A stretch of DNA of 64,000 bases from Tetramitus jugosus (lineage: Eukaryota > Protista > Heterolobosea), in contig OW569377.1 in assembly GCA_937625935.1 (NCBI GenBank), forward strand, positions 395,823 to 459,822, read 5' to 3'. Shown here piece after piece: positions 55,421-64,000 of this stretch. Each line of letters opens with the position of its first letter. Positions within the stretch are counted from its first letter, which is position 1. The notes under the pieces were generated by a model, which was given only the letters and a program-made list of their open reading frames with translations, was not told the DNA's origin and did no database searches. Made by a program: the position numbers and the translations under genes.

Positions 55421-58400
55421 AATTGAGTTTTCTTTGTGTTTTTTGTTTTTTGTCCTCAAGCTCTAAACATCAAGTTTGTATCAATCTCAAGGTTGAGAGT
55501 TTCTAATTATCCGACCCCAATTTTTTTTGTGTATTCAATGGGTGCATGGTGTTTGACATGTCAAAACAATAAACCGATTTCTGTAAATGACAGGACATAA
55601 AATTTTCCTGTCATTCCTTGAACGTCAATTATCTTGCCACATTATTCAGCCACATCGTTGTAGAGGGCATACACAACACTTACCTCGCCTTTCAGGTCTA
55701 CATGAGAGTCAGAACGTCAGAGGAAGTTCAACTACAGTCACCTCCACTGTTCAATGCTATTCAATATAGTTTAGGAAAGGAATGAACAACAGCTCTTGCA
55801 CAGGTATAAATGGTATCCACAATGGATTGGAACAACTTCTTTTTGTCCACTGACTGGTACGCTGACAGACAATATGCTTACTTTTGAAAATGAATGCCAT
55901 GAGCTCCAACGGAACTACCAGCGCCTTTGCTGATTGATTTAAATTCAACTGGTGGTCTTGTGACTTGGTTAGAGTGTACCTTTCATTGAAGAAGATGAAA
56001 ATATATTCATCATATCAATCTTGAAACAGAGAAATTAAGAGTCGATGAAATTTTTGTTGGTTCTTACAGGCATGCCTTTCAAATTCATATTTTCAGGCTA
56101 TCATGGTTAAAAGATATCTTCCCCTCTTACTTGACTATTGATATTGGGCATATACCTTTCGACGATTCTCATCCAAAATTAGTATCTGAACACAGTTAAC
56201 TGACATTTTTGTTGTGACACTGGTTGTTTCTCCTTCACATAAGGACTACAAAATCAACAACAACAACAAGAAAAAACAAAACTGAATCGACTGATATTAC
56301 TAGCTCATAAACTTCAGGTCGGATGATTATTTATTTGAATTATTTTCGCTGAAGTGAATCACTCCAACAAACGGTAAAATTCAATTGATGAAATCATGAC
56401 AAGGAAAGTGGTGTTATAGATGGTGACTTCCTTCAAGAAAAGAGTTCGTCCTCGTGGTTGTGTCAGTGAAGCTGACAACATCTACGAGATGGAAAAAATT
56501 TTGGCTGTTGGTTTTAGCCATCAGTTCAAAGTTCGTTGGAAGCACTATAAGGCTGATGAGGATTCGTGATCTCAGTGAAGTGAAAGCAAAACCAAACAAA
56601 AGTTTAGCAAAAAACGAACTCATGTGGTGAAGAACAAGCGATGTGTATTTTGGGAGATGCGCAGAAGAAGGTGAAGAAGAGTGAAAAAAACAAATTAGAA
56701 GGTCGTGGTTTTGTACTTTTTGACGAGCAGAATAGAATCCTGGACTCAGTTCTGAACAATTTTAAGACATGTCGCTATAGAGTAAGTGCATTCATGTCTA
56801 CTTACCACGTTCTACTCTGAATCAATTCTCTCAATTGTTTACAACTGAAATTACATCCTGGGGTAGCGATTGGAAGAGAGTATAACATCTGGACATTCCC
56901 CCGTAGAGTAGACATTGTGAAACTTTGTTGTTTCACATTATTGTTGGTTCTTTGGTACAGAAATAATGGGCAACTCAGTGTTTCTGTTTGATGTATTACT
57001 TTCTCTGCCCGTACGCGCATAGAAAAAACCCTATAAGCGGTTATAGATGACGCGGCAAAAATTCCCCCAAAAAAATTAACCGTTACGTTCGTCCAGATTT
57101 ACAAATCATGCTCTATTGTTTGCATGTGGAATAAGTGATATGTACTCGAGCTCTAGCAATTACACAGTATCCAACATTAATCTTCGTCTTCTTTTTCCGA
57201 TTGGCTTCTTCATCAGTTCACAACACCACTTCAGAACATGTACACCAACACTGTTACAATTATCACTACTCTCATCCTCTCCAACGTATCATCAATAGCT
57301 ATACATTGCTTCTCACTTCTCATTCTTCGTATCCATGCACTGCTTCTCTTCATCAGTTCACACAACACCAGAACATCACCTCTTCTACATCAATCACCAC
57401 ACTGTCATAATTACCACTACTTACTTTCGTCCCCTCCAACTCATCATCAATAAATTTGAACAGCTATACAACTTTACGTTTTGTGCGATCGTACGGTGTG
57501 ATAGTTCTCGTTCTTCCGTTTCAAGTCGTACCATCTCCGGTTACAAATAGTCACATTCTTACTGTCATATCATTCTTGTTCTTGTCACGACGTACCAGAT
57601 CTTGTGAGTACTTGCTTCGTGTCGTCGAGATATGAGAAAACGTCAGGAAACGTGTTCAGAAATGAATACAATGATTTTATGGGATACAGGACAATGCTTA
57701 AGTGACGTTCAAGGTTTGGGATCAAACTTACCTGCTTTGTCGCATCTTGTTGTTGTTGTGTAGACATTGACTACTGTAGCAATTGTCATTACCACCCGAC
57801 AATCTAAGGGGACAAGATGATTCGAGGTGTTTTGGCGGTCAGACAGTTTGATACGACAATGGAAAGGAATAACGTCTCAAGAAGAATTACCAAATACGGT
57901 AACGCAGTACCTGGTGTGTGCCAGAGATCTTAAGCACTTCTACTTCGGAAATGACAAGTTTGTGGAGAGCGCGCGATGGAAGGTAGATGAAATGATTGCA
58001 GGTGATTCTTCAGCACACATCGATGACGAAAGTGAAGTGGTATACACCATTGATGACTATGGAGATGATGAAACTCGACCAGATATTTCATGTGATGCAA
58101 CTGCTGCAAACACTGATCCAGCATCAATCCACCAAAAAAATTGTGGGGTTTATCTGAAACACCCTCGCCTCCCATCGAATCACTTTCTTCATCCTCTCCT
58201 AGGGATTCAAATTCATGAATGTCTATTAAAGTTTGTGTTATCGGCATCATCTCATCGCTGAGCTTAAACACATCGTCGCTTGGGGTGAGGTTTCGCTGGT
58301 TCTGCATTGACATGTTGCCGATCTAATTGTTGCTGACGTTTTGCATTTCTTTTGTCATTCCTTTTCTCTTTCTTGGTTCTTGGTCTTGCACACTTCTTCA

Positions 58401-59769
58401 TCCTGTTCTCTTGTCGTTTGCGTTTGTGAGTATATTTTATTTTGTTGGTGAAACAAAACAAATTTTTGTATTCATCACATAAATTTATCATCCCACAGTT
58501 TTAGGGAATATAGCAACAACACAAAATATCACAAGCCAATCCTATCCACCAACATTGCCCAACAACCCACTTTCGCGCCATTTTTTGTTGAAGTTTCAAT
58601 AATAATTGAAAATCTTTGCCACAAGACCAAGTGAAAGAAGCCCAGTCCTTGAGGTCGTGTTCCTCGTTCTGATGAATTTTCTTCACCATGTGTAGTTTTG
58701 ATTATATACTTCTCAATACTCAATCGATCTTGTTATGACATGTTCCTTGAATTTTTGTGTACATCATCCTCAAATTTTGAGATGGTGTGGGTGCCTCAAA
58801 TATTTCAGTGACCTCGTCCTTCTTTTCAACTGTATCATTGGTTAGTGGTGTTATCTTCTCAACTTCCCTGCACTACCAGCGGATTAGGTAATTTTACCTA
58901 GGTAAACTCTACCGAGTAGGTGACACTTTTTACCTGGTATTCTGAGAACCAGGTAATTGAACTAGTAGAAACCAGGTAAAATACTAGGTAAATGGATGCG
59001 ACAAATTTGTGAATTGAACCTGGTAATTTTATCTAGTATGAAGCAAGTAAATGAATGAAGCTTATATCTCATATTTACTGCTGTGTTGATGCACAATCAA
59101 TACACAGATACCGATTCTTATGTTCCTTGGTTGGAGCTGCACAGGTGCCACAGATTATGTTGGAACATTCATCACCAGAACAAATATGAGAGCAATCTCC
59201 ACAGAACAGCTTCTTGCAGTATATACATTGCCTTAATTGTAACAGTTGGTGCAAGTAGTTCTCTTTCTACCTCTGGTACTTCTCTGAGACTGGGCTCTTC
59301 TTGATGTTCCTCTGCTTCAGTAGTTAATTCATCCAATCCGAGCAGAGCTATATTTAATCTGAGTATTTCCTTTGTAGTTACCCTGTTTTCGATGCAGAAA
59401 GCATTCAAACTTCTCTAAACATCTAGATGAGTTAATGCTTTTCTGTCGCGAGTCTTTAACCGAATGACTGACTGTTTTACTATTCACGGTGAGTGTTCAT
59501 ACATTCTGGGGAAACGCGTCCCAACAGTTCTGACCAGTTCCCACTGACAGTACTACCGTAAGTAAGCATAAAAACTACACAATGGTCTGTGCTGGGAGAG
59601 TGAAGCAGATTATATCATAATTTATTCAACCATAGCTAGGAAGCTTCTGCGTACATCACGAATCATTCATTTAGAGGTCCTCGAATGCTGATTCAACTGA
59701 GGCATGTTTTTGCTTCATTTTGATATATTCGAGCAATGTTGTTGAGATCAAGATGTCTTGTTTTATCAG

Positions 59770-60231
59770 AAATAGGTGTCCACCATCTTGGCAATAATAT
59801 CGCGCAGTGCAATTTCTGGATCGCCTCTTTCTTCTTGTTCTTTCTCACTTTCTAGTGCTTTATCGTCCACACTTGTTTCCCTCTTTTCTTTTTCAGAATT
59901 TTCTTCGGATGTGTTCTCCATCATTTTGAGATGGAGAAATTCTTTTTACAGTTTTCCGTAGATGTCATCGTACACTTCTTTGGCTAAAGGTTCCTCCCAT
60001 CCGTTTTTGTCCAATAATGCTTGTACAGCTAAGAAGAACCAACACCATGTTCCGCTTCTACCCCGTTAACATTTGAGTGTGCTTTGAAATTTCTGATTGG
60101 GCGCCTGCGTTAAGTACCTCAAAAATATTGAAGAGTTGTGCCCGTATTATTCTGTTTGAGACACGGGAGGGACTGATGTTTAAGCGTCGAATGCGTTCAA
60201 GGAGGATTTCAACATCGTTGTTGCTTTCCAT
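59770..60231 (-). pseudogene. Decayed subtelomeric coding fragment of unknown family
   Basis: Protein-like segments in successive frames (MESNNDVEILLERI..., LDKNGWEEPLAKEVYDDIYGK, ENTSEENSEKEKRE) interrupted by stops. Confidence 0.3.
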
Positions 60232-60630
60232 TTTGTTGTTGGTTGTTTTTTTTCGGACAAATTTTACAAAGATAACCCACAACAAACAATATTAGCAAGA
60301 TGACGAGCAAGTCAGACGAAAAAACCCTTTTGCAAGAAGTCTTGGGTGAAAAAATATTTAAAAGGACTATCTCACTTTTTGGGAGGAAATGGCGTTAGAA
60401 ACTTGTGGGACCGACGAGAAAAAAACCCAGGAAAAACCCTTTATTTTGGTGCGTGATAGCAATGTTTGGGAAAAATGTATCGAGGTAGGGTATTTGTTCC
60501 AGTCATGTACTATTTTCTATCAAATCATATTTGGCATGGTTGAAATCCGCCAATGGTTATCTCACGAGTCTCGTTGAAGGCCACTTGACGATCGTAGATG
60601 AGAAAATGAAAGAGGAGATTGATCGTCATT

Positions 60631-62210
60631 AGGGTTGGGTTGGGGTTGGGTCTGTCTTGTTGTTAAGGAAAACCCGAGAATTTTGCTGTATTTGGTATCA
60701 GAGCGTTGAAATTTACAGTTTAGTGTAAAAAAAAAATTGAGTTCGGTTGAGTTGTGGCTTATAGGTTGAGGGAGTAAAAAGAAGACATATAGGACAAGAG
60801 CTGTATGGCTTTTGGAGTCTATTATCAGATCGGAGATATTGAGGTTCAACGAACAGGGAGGTTCACGGTCCAGGACCGTGAAATGATTTCCTGTATTTCA
60901 TCTCAGGTCAATTCTCTGTGGAGCTTTTTGGCTTCAGCAAAGAATTTCGACCAATGAGCGAAGTGATTGTAACGGATTAAGAAGGAATACCACACAGCAA
61001 CATGAATATGCCAGAAGACTTGTGAAGGAGTTCAACCTGAAATTCAATAGTTAACTATATTTTGTCTTGATCATGATCTGTGACTACTAATTACGACTTA
61101 TAGATACGCCGCAACATGATTTTTAAGTAGTTTGATTTGATGTCTTTCTGCTCTATCTGTTTCCTGCATCGTATCCTGTTGCATTTTACGTTTGTTTTAT
61201 CGTGAACACTGTTTTTTAGAGTGATACATCCTCAAACTTCGACTCTATTTTTTGGATCAACTTGCCTTCAATAGTGTCTGTACTAAGGGTTTGGGTTTGG
61301 GGTACGCAGTATTTAAATAACCTGCTTTTTTAGACGTTTCCTTTTTAGGCAGGTTGTTTTTTGAGATTTTTTTATTGCTCTAAAAGCTTCAACTGATTGA
61401 GTTGAAGAGTTTGGCGTGATTTTCAACTCAATGGGTTGGGTTTGGGTTTGGGGATACATCCAGGATTCCCCAACCTAAGGAAACGATTTCCTTATATGGT
61501 AATTTTTTTTTGAGATTTTTTATTGCTCTATGAGCTTCAGATAGATGAGATGAAGAGATTAGCGTGGTTTTCAACTCGATTTGAGCTTTATCGGCTCGTA
61601 GAGCCGATATATCTGTGCTGTATTTAACAGATTTTTATCTGCAACAGTGTTAAAACTGCAACAGATTTTAGATGACTTTGATTCTATACTGGGGGTAAGA
61701 CGTACGAGTGAAACATGATTTCTTTGTTTTGAATCAGGGTATTGAGACAGTATTTGATCATTTTTAACATAATTATCTTCCAACTTTATTTTTTGCCTCA
61801 GTTTCTGAGTACCTGATTTTTCAGAAATTTTGACTGACTTGATTTAGTGTTTTTCTGGATAAAATCGAGAGTTTTTATCAAATAATCACTGTAGGATCAG
61901 ATGTTTTATCTATTATTGAGACTTTTCGATTTAAAATCCTGTAAGACAGTGAAATAGTCAAGTTTCAAATGTGAATCGAGTTTATAGTTGAAACGCCAGA
62001 CTCAACCCGTCAGAAATCGAGAGTACTAGCTTTGTTGAACGCCAATTCAGTTTTACGAATGTTATAGACTGAAAATCTTGGGAAAGTTCTTCTTCTGGGG
62101 GGGTGGGTTTTGGGTTTGGGACTTTATATTCGCTTCTGAACCGACAAAATATTGCCTTTTATGGAAGAGGATTGTCTAAATATGGGAGAGTTTTGAGTTT
62201 GAGTTTGGGG
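60631..62210 (+). repeat. Interstitial degenerate telomere repeats and duplicated subtelomeric blocks
   Basis: GGGTT(T)GGG clusters near 60631, 61287, 61433, 62097 and 62190. Duplicated blocks 61357-61430 / 61503-61578 and 61625-61668 / 62341-62382. Confidence 0.7.
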
Positions 62211-63309
62211 TTCATGTCATAAGTCTAGACCCAACCCGAAGGAATTTTCAGTACAAATACTTCATCTCAACGAGCTCTAACAGGATTTAACAGGATTAAA
62301 ACTCTATCATCTCGAAGAGACGATCGCTCCCTGCTGTAACTAACAGATTTTCTCTGCAACAGGATAAAAACTGCAACAGACTTCTATGAAAGGATTTTTC
62401 AGAAAAGCTTGAGATTATCACTGGACTGTATGATAAGAGAACAGTTTTTACAGATTTTAGACTGAAATTTTAGACCTCTAGTATTCATTTGAAGCATTAA
62501 TTCAGTTATTTCTGTTCTTTTTTGTTGTTGTTTGACATATTGAGTTGCATTTCGGTGCTCTGGCTTTTGATTGACTTAAAATTCTCTTGACCTGAAGATT
62601 ATCACCGGTTTTAGAGATATTACGGATAAAATTGAGATATTTCATTGTTGAATGAAATAGTTTAGGTCGAATAGGCTCATTTTTTGAATTTCATTTTGTG
62701 AATCATATGAAACACTCTTGAACTGGAGAAATCAACTAATTTGTACCGAATTATTGATGATGAACGAGAGATTTCATTCTTGAAGGGAATATTTTGACAT
62801 ATTTGACAGGCAGAATGAGATTTAAACTTCTCAGTTCGTAAGATGAGTGCAGAGTAATAGTCCAGACCCAATCTTCATAAAATAAGAGTAGATCTTGCTT
62901 GTTGATAAGAATTCATACCTATGAACGTAATTGACTGAGAAATATTGCAGAAAATACTATTTTGGAGTGAGATTGGCTCGTGAGAGAAATATATTTCTAT
63001 TATTCAGACTTCCTTGGATGCAGAGTTGAATACCCAGACACAACCTGTCATTACTGAAGAGAAATAGAAATGATTACATGTAAAACGTGTATATGACTCA
63101 CTTGATTGCCTCTAAGCTTTCCAGATGTTGAGCTTTTTATGAGGAGATTTCTGTTTTGGACAAAAGCTGAGGAGTGAATGTCAAATGATGGAAATAGAAA
63201 TGGGGCGAGTGGTTTAACTTCCATTTATCTTATTTGATCAGATTTTAGATGATAGATCGGTTCTGTTTTGAATTCGAATGAAATTTTTGATTTTTGGGAA
63301 GAAAGTTCA

Positions 63310-64000
63310 TTTGGGTTTGGGTTTGGGTTTGGGTTTGGGTTTGGGTTTGGGTTTGGGTTTGGGTTTGGGTTTGGGTTTGGGTTTGGGTTTGGGTTTGGGT
63401 TTGGGTTTGGGTTTGGGTTTGGGTTTGGGTTTGGGTTTGGGTTTGGGTTTGGGTTTGGGTTTGGGTTTGGGTTTGGGTTTGGGTTTGGGTTTGGGTTTGG
63501 GTTTGGGTTTGGGTTTGGGTTTGGGTTTGGGTTTGGGTTTGGGTTTGGGTTTGGGTTTGGGTTTGGGTTTGGGTTTGGGTTTGGGTTTGGGTTTGGGTTT
63601 GGGTTTGGGTTTGGGTTTGGGTTTGGGTTTGGGTTTGGGTTTGGGTTTGGGTTTGGGTTTGGGTTTGGGTTTGGGTTTGGGTTTGGGTTTGGGTTTGGGT
63701 TTGGGTTTGGGTTTGGGTTTGGGTTTGGGTTTGGGTTTGGGTTTGGGTTTGGGTTTGGGTTTGGGTTTGGGTTTGGGTTTGGGTTTGGGTTTGGGTTTGG
63801 GTTTGGGTTTGGGTTTGGGTTTGGGTTTGGGTTTGGGTTTGGGTTTGGGTTTGGGTTTGGGTTTGGGTTTGGGTTTGGGTTTGGGTTTGGGTTTGGGTTT
63901 GGGTTTGGGTTTGGGTTTGGGTTTGGGTTTGGGTTTGGGTTTGGGTTTTGGGTTGGGGTTTGGGTTTGGGTTTGGGTTTGGGTTTGGGTTTGGGGTTTGG
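63310..64000 (+). repeat. Telomere, (TTTGGG)n
   Basis: About 690 bp of nearly perfect TTTGGG hexamers running to the window end, G-rich strand 5'->3' towards the end. Confidence 0.97.

Noticed and set aside
55500-59500. Short subtelomeric ORFs including 57827-58261
   Set aside because: No ATG-initiated, motif-bearing frame that I can support.

Overview
Eukaryotic chromosome end from a compact, intron-poor protist genome: standard code, short GT-AG introns, poly-Asn/His tracts and a (TTTGGG)n telomere at 63310-64000. A heterolobosean/Naegleria-like amoeboflagellate is my inference. The core (5.7-50 kb) holds housekeeping genes: RhoGEF, F-box, WD40, CLC channel, RhoGAP, BCAT, CYTH, Snu114/EFTUD2, TSET TTRAY-like, choline/ethanolamine kinase, BRCA2, CLUAP1/IFT38 and a Rab. 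These are followed by subtelomeric accessory genes (GNAT, F-box/LRR, BAHD transferase) and decayed DNA. Main highlight: a 4073-bp non-autonomous DNA transposon (41791-45863, 13-bp TIRs, TTAA duplication). It encodes an intact 637-aa Fanzor1 (eukaryotic TnpB-like RNA-guided nuclease) with a structured putative omega-RNA at its 3' end, plus a mosaic of captured host-gene fragments (internally deleted VPS35, GAF-like, chromodomain-like). Second highlight: a tandem of ORF1-only retroelements, one poly(A)-tailed, starting about 30 bp upstream of a tRNA-Arg(UCG) gene, which suggests tRNA-targeted integration. All protein assignments rest on motifs recognised by eye; no database searches were run.
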